64,000 nucleotides of DNA from Diplonema japonicum (GCA_964019335.1 OZ025649.1:620001-684000); one strand, 5' to 3'. Numbered from the stretch's first letter, positions 23,111-36,632 are shown. A program made the numbers and translations. Notes: a model not told the origin generated them from the letters alone.

Positions 23111-26100
23111 ATGAGCAAAGAGTTCACCTGCAGGTCAAGGGGGACCATTGCGCACCACGCAGAATGGGTGCATGAAGACGGTAGTTCCCAAGACGTCATG
23201 ATATGCATGGACTGCGGGTTGGTACTGGCCGACATGTCTGGGACAATTCTGAAGCTGATATCGCTTGATGGCATACAAAGGATAATACAGCTCCGGACTA
23301 CCCCAGTGAAACTCATCTTCGAGTACCCAAACACTAGGATCTGTCTTGTCCTCAAGAACCACGACCTGAACAAACTCACTTCCGATGACATTATTGCGAA
23401 GTACAATGAGATGCGACAGAATGGCGCCCTGCCACCTGTGGACGTAGAGGTCGACGACAATGCACTAAACTTCTCAGATGTGAGGCAGAACGAGGTAATT
23501 GCCTCAAAGAAATACCACGTGGAGTGCACAGTGGTGCCCAGCGAAAAGATGGGGATGACAATGGAAATCGTTGATGACACGATTCGGATAACAGCCGTCG
23601 AGCCCAATAGTAAAGCGGACGAAGCAGGCGTCCAAGCCGACTCGGTTCTTCTCAGTATCAACGGCAAGGTTGTTGCCACTAAAGAAGAGGTCTCTAGCCT
23701 CATTGATAGCTCGATGCAGGATGGCATCAAGCTCCGCCTCCGGCTCATCTCCCCCAACCCGCCCCTCATAAGACCCGAGACGCAGCCGGTTGGTGATAAA
23801 TTTCACATAGAGTGTGAAATCCCACCCAGCAGCACTCAAAAGATGGGAATGGTACTCGAGACCATCGACAAGAAGCTGCGCATCAAAGCCATCGAGCCCA
23901 ACAGCCTCGCTGAAGCCGCGGGGGTGCAACCCGGGTCCACTCTCCTCAGCGTCAACGGCACGTCAGTCAGGACGCAGGATGAAGTTATTGGACTTGTGGC
24001 GAGCGCCGGGCAAGCAAACGAGGCTGTCCGCTTCCGTCTTCTATCACCGAGGTTGCCCGCAACACAGACAGCACCCAAGTCCTCCACACCGAAGGAGCAG
24101 AGCAGTGTCAAATCGTCAACCCGCTCAAAGAAGAAAGACGTCATGAGGCCTCTCGACTTCGGTGACCGTACCAAAAGGGCGTTGATTGTATTCGTGAAGA
24201 GCCAAAGTGGGAAGTCCAAGCACGACCCTGCCAACGACACGCTGCAAGTATACTGGGCGCTGCGGGACGCGCTAGGAAAGGAGCAGGTGACGTACCTCAC
24301 TGATGCTGATGTGGGGAGCGACGTCATCTCGGCGGCACCGACAAAGGAGAATATCCTGAAGGCACTGCAGTGGCTCTGCCGATGCGATCCTACAGACTCC
24401 CTCCTCCTCATTACCATCGGCGACACGGGCCCCGATGCAGGGATCATGCCTGTAGACGCCTCCACTGCGGGGCCCATCACCAAGTATGAGGTGGTGTCTG
24501 CCCTTGACACACTCCCTGCCACCGTGGGGGTCACCATACTCACCGACACGACCAGCCCCATTGCGTCGCTGGGGCACACTTACCAAGAACGAAGTGATAT
24601 CCCAGTCCCCATTTGCAACATCACCATATTAGGGGTGGCAAGTTCCGGGCACAAAAGGAGAGGTCTGCCGCTTGGGGTTCTCAGTTGCTGCTTCACGGCA
24701 GCGAAAAGCCTCCGGACGGCCAACTTCGTGGTGGCTTGCTTGGAAGCACCGCAGGTATGAAATAATATATAATAAAGCACACCACACAACAGTACCTGCT
24801 GATCATCACGAACTACCCTTTCGACTTCAGCACATACCTTGGTGCGGACTCTCAACTGCACGTTGGCGGTGGGTGGTTCAAGGTAAAGCTTGACCCGATG
24901 GAAACTCCGGAGTACGCAAATTGGCTGGAGTCCTTCTCGAAGGTGTACTGCCCTAGGGATGGGGCCGCATTGGTTGCCAAAGCAAAGGGAAGGGAGACAC
25001 GAGTGGTGCAGAAGGTAATTCGAAAGTTTGCGAGGTCAAAGCAGTGGGAGGTTGAGGCTTTGAAGAAGATGACGGGGCTGCTGCACAGCGCACTGCACAG
25101 TGATGTTGCAGACAACAACGCTGCTTACGAGGTGATGGAGCGCATGCTGTCACAACACATTTGGGACGACGTCAAAGTTCAGTACGAAGAACGGTACTCC
25201 GAAAGCCTTGTCGCTCTGATGCACAAGCGCTTGAGTGAACCTGAGCTCGCCGAGTGCACGTCCATCCTCCTCTCGTACGGGGTGACTGTGGGCGAGGATA
25301 ACTCTCGTCGATCCATTTCAACGATCAGCAGGCAGTCATCCCTGTCAAGTGTGTCATCAAAGAGCAGCAAGGGCACTGTCAACCCCCCCTTGCCCCCATC
25401 ACCTCCGCCTGTAATTTTTAAGGTGCCTGTCTGCGACGCTGGCACAGAGACAGACGCACTGCCAGAACCAGAACCCAAGATCGAAACAAAGATTATCGAA
25501 GTAGAAGTCGAGAAACAGCCAGAGCGGCCACCAACAGCTGACGCTGGGATGCAACACGGCATGTCTGTTCATATCAGCAAACAGGAGGGAAGCAAAAGGA
25601 CGGGACTCGAAGTACGCGAAAACACCGTCATCGGTGTGCAGAAGGGCTCCGTTGCCAGGGAGCGGGGCATCCGGAAAGGGATGGTGGTGGTCAGTGTTAA
25701 AGACAGGGAGGTGACGCGGAGTGACAATGTGCAGAACATCATCGAAAGCTCGTCCATGGGGTCCTTCTCGATGGTGGTCGCTGATCCGGTCGGAGGCTTT
25801 TCTAGCAGGACTTCGGAGGTGTCTGCTTTCTCCTCGAAGTCCTCTTTGAAGGAATTGAAGCGGTCGCAAATGATGTCTGAGCACTCCGAAAAGCATTACG
25901 AGAAGGTGTTGGCAGAGTCGGCTCGATCCTCGAGCACTGTTGTGAGCACACGCAGTGCGACAGAGCTGACGCTCAGATCGGAGAGCGAGAGTGTGGCCAG
26001 TGGTTCTCTCGCTGAGTCGTATGGGATGCTGGCTAGCTCGCCGCCTCCACCGCCATCATTAGGGAGGTCTAAACAACCAAGAAACACGCATCCATCGCCA

Positions 26101-26625
26101 ACTATGAAGCAGCCATATGGGGTGGCGGTGCAGAAGCCCCAGCTGCAGCAGTCGTATGCCTCGCAGCAGCGTGCAAGGGTGCCTGCACCATTTGTGCAAG
26201 GGAAGAGCGTGCAGAGTGAGTATGAAGAGGACGATTTTTTGAAGATGGTGAGTAAGGATTTGGAGATCGCAGAAGGCATCTTGGCAGGGCTGCCACGGCA
26301 CCCAGCAGTGGGGCGGGGGCTGGCACACACGAAGTCACTCCCTCAGACAACAGTGCAGTACACATCCGAGCCACCGTCGCCACTGCCGCCGCAAGTACAG
26401 AGTTCACCTCCACACCCACACCAGGTAGGCGGGTATTCTTCTTCAGGGGTGTACTCACACCCCCCGGTCTTAGGCATGCTGCATCCTGATCAGCAGAGTA
26501 TTAGCTCTCCAGACAGACCTGCTTATCTTTCGGTGGGTGTGCCTCAGAACAATTCTTCCCTCCCCCCTGCCCCTGTTAACAGAGACGATGATGTCAAGTC
26601 TGTGCTCTCAATGTATGATGACTAG
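23111..26625 (+). CDS. Multidomain protein: PDZ-PDZ, inactive metacaspase-like domain, annexin-like repeat, PDZ, low-complexity tail. Exons 23111-24754 and 24793-26625
   Basis: A 38-nt GTATGA..CAG intron (24755-24792) joins ORF 23111 to the frame of ORF 24898 with no stop. PDZ motifs read 'KMGM...IxAVEPNSxAxxAGVQ...LLSINGK'; C14-like motif 'LTD...PTKENILKALQWL...DSL'; annexin-like 'WDDVKVQYEERYSESLVALMHKRLS'. Confidence 0.8.
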
Positions 26626-26636
26626 TTTTTGTGGGT

Positions 26637-26667
<31 letters not shown>

Positions 26668-27322
26668 CCTTTAGATTTTCTTCGTTACTCTGTTCTTATT
26701 ACTTTTTTCATTGATAGCTGATTTTTTACGCCCTCTCATCGCTGAAACAAAAAGAGAAAAAAAAAAAAAGAAAAAAATTGTAAAGAAACTGAAAAATCAG
26801 GTTGAGAATGCGACACGAATCTCCTTCAAAAGATATAAAATGAAAACATCAAAAGCACGGTTGCCCGTCCCAAGGCCTGCCTTTAGACTGGAGTTTTTTT
26901 TTTGTGGTTCCCTTTTTTTTTGTATCCCACTCCGTTTTTCTTACAGAAGAAAGTTTCTCACCTGTTGTACTACTTATCACCCCCCCCCCCCTCCCTTCCC
27001 ATGTTCCTCAACAAAAGAAAAGCTCCTGGGGTTTAGTTTCCCCAATCTCCGCTCCTTTTTTTTTCTTCTTTTGCTAGCGAAAGAATCAAGAAGTCGGGGT
27101 TCATCACCCACTATTTGTACAAAAAGAAAAAGGAAGAGAAAAAGAAAACCCCCATTCCCCCCCTTGTTCGTTTCCTCCCCGCTCCCCTCAAATATATCTT
27201 TCCCAACCCTTTTGTTGTACAATTATGTGAGAAGAAAAAAAGAGGAAGGAAAAAAAAAAGGAGGGCGTGGGGGTGGGGTGTGTGGGGGTCTACCCCGTTC
27301 CCCATTCCAAGAAAAAAGAAAG

Positions 27323-30019
27323 ATGGAAAGCGAGAAGCCATTCGAGCCATGCACCTTCAGGCAAGGTCGGTATAAGAAGATACGTGACATAGGCCACGGG
27401 GCCTACTCCCATGTGATGCTAGTTTTCGATGAAGTGAGTGGAGACCAAAGGGTCATTAAGCGTGTGTACGACTCAGACGCAAACGCGTGTAATGAGGTGG
27501 AGATATTGAAGAAGATCAAAGATCATCCGAACATCGTGAAATTCTACGACTCCTTCACCGAGAGGGAAGGCAGCACCAACATCCTACACATTGTAATGGA
27601 GTACTGTGAGGGCGGTGACCTCGCACAGTTTCTGAAGGACAGGAAAAAACCGTCCTGGATCGACAACGTTACCTTAGAGAGATGGTGCCGGCAGCTGTTG
27701 GAGGCCGTCGACCATCTTCACGAGCTGAACATCCTCCACCGGGATTTGAAAACCGCCAATGTTTTTGTCACAAAAGACAACAATCTGAAAGTAGCAGACT
27801 TTGGCATTTCCAGATCTCTCTCCCGGACACAGTGTGCAACAACTATGGTAGGCACGCCCTACTACATGGCTCCTGAGGTCGTGAACCTTAATGTCCAGAA
27901 TGGTTATAACGCTAAAAGCGATGTGTGGTCTGTGGGGGTTATCGCGTACGAGCTTTGTTCCTTGGATCTTCCCTTCCCTGGTGCCAACGTCCTTGCTGTT
28001 GCAAACGGTATTATGAGTAATAGGCCTGCTGCGCTGCCTGACCACATACCTCATAAGATTAAAGAGCTTACCTCTGAAATGATGCAGACAGCTGCTTCCA
28101 AGCGCCCCTCCATCGATGAGGTTCTCCAGCGTTATATCTCAGCCACCTCGTCACCCCTCACCACCTCCCCTGTCAAGGCACCACGCCCTGTGCCCACTTC
28201 GCCCCGCATCCTCGTTAGGAACAAAGTCCGCGCTTCTTACAACAACCGGAATTCATCAAATGTCTCTGCGCATCACAAGCCAGTCGAGAAGAAGCGGCGT
28301 GCGGGGCCCGGTTTCAATCTCAGCAGCTCCATGAACAGCTCCAGCGCGTCCCAAAGAGCGCCGCCCTCCGCCGTCAGGAGTAAAAGCGCAGGAGAAGACC
28401 GACAGCCTAAAGCGCAGCATCTCAACGCCCTACCTTCTTCGAAACAAGCAAAGGGAGCCCACAAGGAGCCTTCAGCAAGGGTGCGCTCTGTCACCGAGAA
28501 GGCGAACGAAAGAGAAGCGAAAGGCCTCAGCACGGCGGACAGGAACGGGAAAAGGATCGACAGACTGAACATGCTGCTGAAGCAGGTGTGTTGGATTGAA
28601 GAGAAATAAAAGAAAAAAAAAAACAGGAAAAAGAAGATGAGATTCGCCGGCTAGGGCACCTGGCACCCACGCCACGCGGGGCACGTGTTATCTCATCGGC
28701 AGACTCTACTGCTGCTGTCGCATCCACTGCCACCATCAACACCTCTGCAGCCACTTCGGCAAGCACTTTGCTCCGCAGCAGCAGCATCAAGAGCAACAGC
28801 AGCGACGAACCAACACCTGACCCCGCCCCACAGCCACAGAGGGTTTCCTCAGGGCCTGCATCCCCCCCAGCGGGCGCCTCAGTTGTCCGAGAGGAGGACA
28901 TCCTGTTGCTTCTGAGACAAGGCGACGCGGTATGCACAAACTCCCACAAACACACAAGCACACACACAGCTCTGCCCTAGACTGAACAGAGAACTGGCCA
29001 CGCGTGCCCTGGAGGATGCCAAGGGTGACGTGCCGAAGGCCATGTATGTCGCAGAGCGCCAATCATTAATCAACTACAGGAACTCTCTTTCTCAGGGCCA
29101 CATGCGGCAGAAGTACAGAATGCAAGTTAAAGAAAAGAAAGTAGCGTGGCACAGACCTGAGGAGTACGAACGGGACAGCGGGAGCCCCAAGGGCCTCATG
29201 GTGCGGGGCGTGGGTGTCAGCCCCCGACCGACGTCACGAGCAATGCTCCGATCGAGTACCATCGAAACAGCTAAAACTCAGGTGAGCCCGGCTCCTGTAG
29301 GGAGACGGGTGGGGAAGCATAGCGGAGTGCAGCAGCCCCCGACCACGCCGAGTGGGCATCCTATAAAGCGGGAGGCAAGTCAGGTGGGAGCAGGGAGGCA
29401 ATCTGGGGGAAACCCCGCCCCTGTGGGGTTGGGGAATGGGGCACAAGGGAACCACTCTCCGGTATCGGGAGCCGGGGTGGTGACAGGGGCGGGTATTAAA
29501 CGACGGCCAGTAGTGAGAGAACGGGCAAACACTGATGTACGAAAGAAAGCACCTGTGATAGGGTCGCCTCTCAATGCACAAGGCGCACTGGGTGCTCAGG
29601 GGGACAAGAAGAAACAGCCGTATGTCCCGAACGTGGAAGTCCGCCGGAAGCTTGCAGAGCACAAGAAGGGGATCACGAATGCCAGACCAAAGGTGGACAG
29701 GCGGGCTGTCGCTGAGGCATGGATGCAGAGGCAAGACACGGGGGGGGAAAAATTCACAGACGGCGTAGTGATCCTCCCCAAGCACCTACGGAAGGGCGAA
29801 GAAGGTGAGTGCTGTGAAGAGATCCTCAACAGCAGTGACCATGGTTCCTCTCTGAACACCTCGCACGCTTCTGCAGGGTCGCCCTACGGCCCCCCCCTTG
29901 CTGCGCCCCCTGTCGATGATGTGCGAAGACTGAAGGAAGAAAATGAGAAACTCCGCAAGCTCCTGAAGCTCTCCAACAGGGACGCAGCCGCCCTCATCCA
30001 GCAGGAGATGCTTAACTGA
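27323..30019 (+). CDS. NEK/NIMA-related Ser/Thr kinase with a UBA-like domain. Exons 27323-28585, 28627-28929, 28970-30019
   Basis: Motifs GHGAYS, 'HPNIVKFYDSF', 'IVMEYCEGGDL', 'HRDLKTANVF', DFG, 'TMVGTPYYMAPE' and 'KSDVWSVG'. Introns 28586-28626 (41 nt) and 28930-28969 (40 nt) restore the frame and produce 'NRELATRALEDAKGDVPKAM'. Confidence 0.9.
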
Positions 30020-30623
30020 GGTTAGAGATAACGAAAATAAGAATTGTTGTTTAATAGTAGATTCGGGTCCTCAATGTTCTGTTCCGTTTAAAAAAAAAAA
30101 AAGAAATATATTTTTTTTGGCGAACCCATCCCTGGGATTTAATAATTCAGTTCAAGACGTAGTCAAAAAGAATATATATTCCCCCCCCCCCCCCCCTCTC
30201 TTTCTCCATTTATTCCCATTGAGTGCTGTAGATATAGATAAGAAGCCGTTCCTCTCCAGAGAAGAAGAAGAAGAAAAAGGGGGGAAGGTGCGAGTTGTTT
30301 CAATTTTTTTGTCTAATAGTTTTTCTTCTTTCTTCCCACACCCCCTCTTTACTAGATGTTACCGCATAAATACAAAAAAAAAAAGAAAAGCGGCCCCACA
30401 ACGCACAAGCATTCCTCTTTTTTTTTTTTTTTTTTTTTTTTCCCCCTCTCCCTCTGACCCTCTTCTCCTTTACCTGTTTAGTATCTCACTCTATTTTCTT
30501 CTGAACAAAAAAAAAAAAAGCTTTTATAAAAAAAAAAGGGGGGGAAAAGAAATGTGCGGTACCCCAAAAGAAATTTTGTGCCCTGTAGGTTAAATACCTC
30601 GCACTCCCCCCTTCCCTCCCCTT

Positions 30624-30658
<35 letters not shown>

Positions 30659-31417
30659 AGTGCCTCTCAAAAGTTTTTTTTTTTGTTTGGTTGCGTTCTT
30701 CCAAAGGTCAATACCGGTGGTTTTTCGGACGCCATTTTAAAAAAGTTGAAATCTTCTTTTGTATCCTCTCAGCAGAAAGCGTTGGTGTGATCGCAACAAT
30801 CTGAAAGCAGAAGATGTTTTTTTTTTTTTTTCACTTTTTTTTTTCGGGATGCCACTACTAAAAAAACGAAAAAGGAATTCTTTTTTAGCCTTTTCTGCAG
30901 GCGGTTTTGAGACTTTTGGAAAAAAAGCACGACCATATAAAAGTTTTTTTTTTCCACCTTTTCTTCATTACTCTTCGCTCACTGCGAGGGGGGGGGGGGC
31001 ATACTTACACCTATGGTGTAATTATGAAATCCCTCACACCGTTTATTACCTGCCGTCACGCCCTACGCCCACCTATCGGGAATGGTCCCTATAGCTGACC
31101 CCCGTGACATTGAAAAGCATATTTTTCAAGCGGAATAGAAAATGACAAAAAGAAGGGAAAAAAAAAAAAGAAAAGAAAAGCTGTAGCGCCAGTGAGTGAA
31201 TCAAAAAAAATGATGAAGGTGAGCAAAATAGTATTTTTTTTTTCTCCTTCTCCTTTCTTCTTTCTTCCTGTAATTTGCTTTTTTTTTTTTTTTTTTTTTC
31301 TCCTTTCTTTTCTTTCTTTCTTATCTTCTATTTTTCTATCCATTCGCCGGCTGTCTGTCTTCACTATGATTTTTACAGTAATTTTTTTATAAAAAAAAAA
31401 GAAGAAAAAAAAAAAAA

Positions 31418-31915
31418 ATGCTCGTTGACACCTATTCGGATTTGGTGAACGAGTCCTGCTACACGCCCTTGCTGGAGGCAGCTTCTGCAGCTTTGATAAA
31501 AGCTCTTGAACAAGGTGAGGAAGGGGAGGAGGGGGGTGAGTACTTTGAGTTCAACACAGTAGGGAAGGTGGTATGTGGCCTTGAGAGCTACGTGGCAAGG
31601 GTGGCTCAGTTCATGAAGTGCAGTGAAAAGGCTCTTCTGAGCGCATTCGTCCTTCTCGACAGGACCGCAAGTCTTATCCCCCTTACAAGGCTGAACGCAC
31701 ATAAGCTCTTCTTTACTGCAGTTGTCCTCACCGTAAAATATGTTGACGACCTTACCTACAGCAATAGTTACTATGCAAAAATCGGTGGTATCCATGCAGC
31801 ACAGTTGTTTCACCTCGAGGCCACTATGCTGAAGGCGCTGGATTGGAGGGTGCATGTCGACCCAGCTGTTCTGAAGCATTATGAAGACGTGTTGCAATGC
31901 AGTGTTATGCATTAA
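31418..31915 (+). CDS. PHO80/cyclin-U (kinetoplastid CYC2-like) cyclin
   Basis: 'ESYVARVAQFMKCS', 'LTRLNAHKLFFTAVVLTVKYVDDLTYSNSYYAKIGGI...LE..ML..LDWR'. Confidence 0.9.
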   Translation: MLVDTYSDLVNESCYTPLLEAASAALIKALEQGEEGEEGGEYFEFNTVGKVVCGLESYVARVAQFMKCSEKALLSAFVLLDRTASLIPLTRLNAHKLFFTAVVLTVKYVDDLTYSNSYYAKIGGIHAAQLFHLEATMLKALDWRVHVDPAVLKHYEDVLQCSVMH

Positions 31916-34399
31916 AGAAAAAAAAAAAAAAAAAAAAAAAAACTGCTTTTTTTTTAAGGGGGGAGAGAGAGGGGGGCATCGTGCGATGGAAATGGGGGGG
32001 GGGGGGGGGGGGGCAGTATCGATATAGCATCTCTCTTTTTTTTTTTGTGATTAACAAATACAAAGAAGAAGAAGAAAAAAAAAGAGTGGTAGCACATGCA
32101 GTAATTATACCAGGATTAATACTGTGTGGTAAAAACCCAACTCTTTTTTTTTTTTATTTAAGTCCTCTCTCTCTCTTCCCCCCTGTTTGCAACTATGTTA
32201 TCGAAGACACTCTTCGGCTTACATATGGAAAAAGAAATTTTTTAAGATTTCAAAAAAGAAGGAGAAAAAAAAAGAAAAAAAAAAGAAAGAAAGAAAGAAT
32301 GGCTTTTTTCGAAAAAAATATATTTCAATTAAAGAAAAAGAAAAGAAACCGGATCCCTTATCCTTTCGTTTCTCAACAAAATGACAAAAAAAAAAAAAAA
32401 GAAAGGTAGGATTACCTCCCCCCTTCCCCTCCCCTTTCCCCGAGGACAAGCTGACAAGGCCTGCTGCAACAAGAAAGAGTGTCCCTATTGTGTTTATGGG
32501 CCCTTCTCCTTCTCAATGTTTTCTCTTTTTCCTCTTGGTCTCTCTGTCTCCTAGTTCCCCCTTGGAACTTGTAAAGATGAGGTGAGGGATTATCTTTCTC
32601 TCTTTTTTTTTTTTTTTTTTTTTTTTTTTCCTTCAGAGGCGGTGTGTAAGAGCATTACCTCACCCCCCTTTTTTTTTTTTTACTCCACCCACTACAACAC
32701 CTATCACACACGAGATAACTTTAAGTTACACAACTTGTCGGCTGCTCACTTTGCACAAGCAATATGCTGGTTTTTCCTTGTAACAGTGCTGATAGCCAGC
32801 CAAGGCCTGCCTCATGGCCACTAACCCGGGGTCTTGAAGCCATGAGAGCGGCCTTGGATGTGAGACGTAAGCTACTCCAAAGAAATTTTAAGAAAAGAAA
32901 AAAGGAAAATTTTTCAAGCTTCCCAATAGTTGATTTTGGGGAGACAACCAAGGCAAGATCATACTTCTTCCCCCCCCCCTTTTTTTTGCTGGGAGGTCAA
33001 AAGTAAGTTTATCCAGAAAAGAAAAATGAACATAAAGATGCTGAGCTTGTAAAAAGTTCTCCTTTCCCCCCCCCCTTTTTTTTTCTAAATATTTTTTTTC
33101 TTCCAAAATTCCTGCACTAGTGTTATTTCAGAAATATATTTCGTCTGTGAAGAAGAAGAAGGGGAAAAAAAATGTTGGGAGTAGGAATATTTTTTTTTCT
33201 TCTTCCGGTTTACAGTATAGTTCGTGGTAAGTTCCTTACCCGGGCATATTTCTGAGCTAGGTGTTTCGAATTTCTTGCATCTTTTTTTTTTTTGTTTCAA
33301 CTCTCTATTTCTCTTTTTCTACCCACGTGTGGTTACACGTTTGTGTGCACAAACATTCTTCTAAAACTCTTTTTTTTTTCTTCTCTTTTTCTTCTTTCCA
33401 TGTGTGTGTTCTTTCTAAGGAGGTGAACAGGGGATTTTAACAAAGATTTGTACCCCGACCCTGAAAGAATAGTTTTACAGAACTGCAGGGGGGGGGGGGG
33501 GGGGGTACAGAATGGCAACATGTGAAGGCCTCTTCTTTTTTTTCCAGACTCAGCAAAGATATAAAAAAAAGTCATTTTGAGTACCCTTTACTTCAACGCA
33601 CTACTAACTATCTCTTTCTTTTCTTTTTTTTTTTTCTCATGGGTATGGGAGAAATGGCAAAAGAAAAAAAAGAAAAAAAAGAAGAGTAAAATAAAAAAGA
33701 AAATACATTGAAATGGGGAAAATAAAAAAAAAAATACATTCAATTGACAAAAAAAAAAAAAAAAAAAAAAAACTGAAAAAAAAAAACCCTCGTATTTCAA
33801 AATTATCGAGAACTTAAAAAAAAATTGTCTACCTGACAAAAAAAAAAAAAAATGGGGAGGGGATAATAATTTAGAATATGGTGAAAAGGGAATGCATTTG
33901 TTTATTACACTTAATTTTTTTTATTTTCCCCATTACCCCTTTCTTTTTCTTACACTCTACTTGAAAAGGGGGGGGGGGGGGGGGGGGGCATACCCTATTG
34001 CTATATATAATATATATTTTTTTTGTCTGCCGATACAACACAACAACTACTTTTTTTTTTTAATGCGCACAAAGAAAGAAGGGAAAAAAAAGAAGAAAAA
34101 AAGAGTAGACAATCCTAGGTGTAGCATCTGGTCATAGGCCTTCCCATCTTCTGACACGAACTTGAAATAAAACACCAATACCAGGGGGGGTAGGGCATGT
34201 CTTCATTACAGCGAATCACTTTTTTTTTATTCTTCTTTTATAGGGAAGGGGCAAGTGGGGATCTCTTACTTTTTTTTTTTTTTCCCCCTCGCACGCGCCG
34301 GGGTTTTCGGCGGCGATTGCACAAAATCTTATTGGTTTTATATTTTTCTTTTTAGATTCCCTGCCCCTCTCTGGGAATATTCTTTTATTTGTTGTCTAT

Positions 34400-34435
<36 letters not shown>

Positions 34436-34992
34436 CCCGTTTCTTACTCTGCCTAACTCTCTTCTTCTTTTTTTTTTCTTCTTCTCCCAACAGTTCTGGA
34501 CCAAATACTAGCTACTAGCTACTACGTACTAAACTTTCGCAAGCTTTTTAAAAAACCTTTTTTTTTCTTTTTTTTTTTGCACGAGCGAACTACAAATCAA
34601 GAAGAAAAAGAAAGAACAGAGAAAAGAGTAGGTACTTTGAAATGGTCTTGTTGACTTCAGTTTAATTTACACCTTTTTTTTTTTGATGAAACAGAAATAC
34701 TTGGTCGATTCACAATTTTATGAATGGGCTCGCCCACAGAGCAGTGCTGGATCCTGTGTAATCTGCGATAAACAAAATTCTCTCCCCCCCCTTTTTTTTT
34801 AAACTTTGTTTTTAATGGTTCTAGTCGGTGAGCACCCCCCCACCCCGCACACTGAATATTTTAACGGTTTTTAAGCCCAGCTCTGGGTAGTTCCCTGTCT
34901 TTAGGGAAAACAAAGAGTAGGGAATGGTTTCATTGCTACCCTTGAGTGCTGTGAAGTACCTCGCTTTTAAAAAGAAATTGTTTTTTTTTTGC

Positions 34993-35100
34993 AAGAACGA
35001 GTCTTTGACTTGTCTAAACAAAAGGGGAACGTTGGCAACGTGTTTCGGGTTGACAAACTTCTCCAGGTTTTACCCGGCACGTACAAACAACGGCCAGTTC
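34993..35100 (+). repeat. Dispersed ~110-bp non-coding repeat, copy A
   Basis: AAGAACGAGTCTTTGACTTGTCTAAACAAAAG...CTTCTCCAGGTTTTACCC...CAACGGCCAGTTC. Homologous copies lie at 40381, 40615 and 55699. Confidence 0.75.
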
Positions 35101-35645
35101 CTCTTTTTTTTTCTTTCCCCTATTTCTCCTCTCGATTTTTTTTTTTTCCTTCTTTTTTTTTTACTTCCATTCTATTTATAGTTATATTTTTTTTTCTTTC
35201 TTCTTTTGCATAAAACTCAGAAAAATGGCAAACAAAAATGAAAAGAAAGAGAAGGGGGGGGGGGGGTATGAACATGAAAGCAAATCTTATAAAAGAGATT
35301 TCAAAAAGAAAAAGAAGAAAAAGAAAGAAAATAAAGAAAAATGACAGACAACACACACACACACTTCTATGATCCCTCTTTTTCTACCCAACACGAATTC
35401 ATCTTTTTTTTATTCCAAATACTAGCTTTACATATTGTAATCCTGTCCTGCTGGGATAAGCTCGGATTGGCATATACTTTATGTTTTTTTTTTTCCCTTC
35501 TTTTTTTTTTCACAACAAACAACTATTGCCACCTTTTTTTTTTTTTTAAAAAAAAGAACTTTGAAAAGATACAAAAGAAAGGCTCCATTAGCATACCATG
35601 AAGCTCACATTAAAGATCTCCTGAAGAAAGATGGTACCTCTATAT

Positions 35646-35650
<5 letters not shown>

Positions 35651-35725
<75 letters not shown>
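35651..35725. repeat. (CT)n microsatellite
   Basis: Uninterrupted TC dinucleotide run of about 75 bp. Confidence 0.95.
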
Positions 35726-35728
<3 letters not shown>

Positions 35729-36632
35729 CCTCTCTCCCCCCCCTTTTGGTAATTCAGAAATGGGAGTTTTTTTTTTTTTTTTTAACTACAGCAAAACTGT
35801 TCCGCCCTGGTGGTGCTTCCTGCTGATTCCCTTTGATGTCGCCTCTACACCTTTCAATGTTAGGTTAAAACCCGTTATATTGCACCTATTTTCCTCGTTC
35901 TCAAGTTCTCATGAAAGCGCGTGGTTTTTTTTTTTTTTTTTTTGCTTCTCCTTCGTTCCCTCCCTCCTGCCGACGACATAGGTTTAACTAGGTGGGGATT
36001 ATCACTGACTCACTTTACCTCAGGAAGTACCTTTGAACATATTTTCCATGTGCTGACCGGTAGATGACCGTTGGTGGCAATAGGCGGTGTAAAAACCTTT
36101 TTTTTTCTTCATTCCCTTTTTTTTCTTGCGAGTTTCTTCTTTTCTTTTTCTTATTCTCTTCTTTCTTTTCTTGTCACAGTGATTTTTTTTTTCTTCTTTT
36201 TTTCTTCTTTTTTTCCTTCCCAGTATTAACAATAGGTATATTGTCAGTACTAAAAAGTCTGTCAGCAGCGCAAGTTGATTTTCTTTTTTAATCTATTCAG
36301 GCCTTGACATCAGCTGCAGCTATTAAAAATCTGCCCATACAAGCGATAAATTTTTTTTTAAAGTTCGTGAATGCTATTAATAAAGGTCCCGGCGGATACG
36401 AGTACCCAAAAAATAGAACAAGAATACTTATATTAATTTGTTTTGTTTTTTTTTTTTTTTTTTTTGTTTTGTTTTTGTTTTTGTTTTTACATCTGTTGTC
36501 GAGGCTACAAACAAGTTGCTGGCAGCGTAATGAGAATTTTTTTATTAGGTAAAACTTTAAAAAGTAACAGTAGTAATGCCCTCATGAGGCGCCAAACTTT
36601 GTTTTTTTTTTTTTTTTCTTCTTTTTTTTTTT

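Noticed and set aside
26711-27322. 204-aa N-terminal extension of the NEK ORF; similar extensions on TSR1, the IQ protein, 51345 and 56536
   Set aside because: Translation of homopolymeric spacer from non-ATG or upstream starts. A better ATG follows the pyrimidine tract.
30117-36550. Many 60-170 aa poly-F/poly-K ORFs (excluding the cyclin)
   Set aside because: Artefacts of T and A runs, which lack stop codons.
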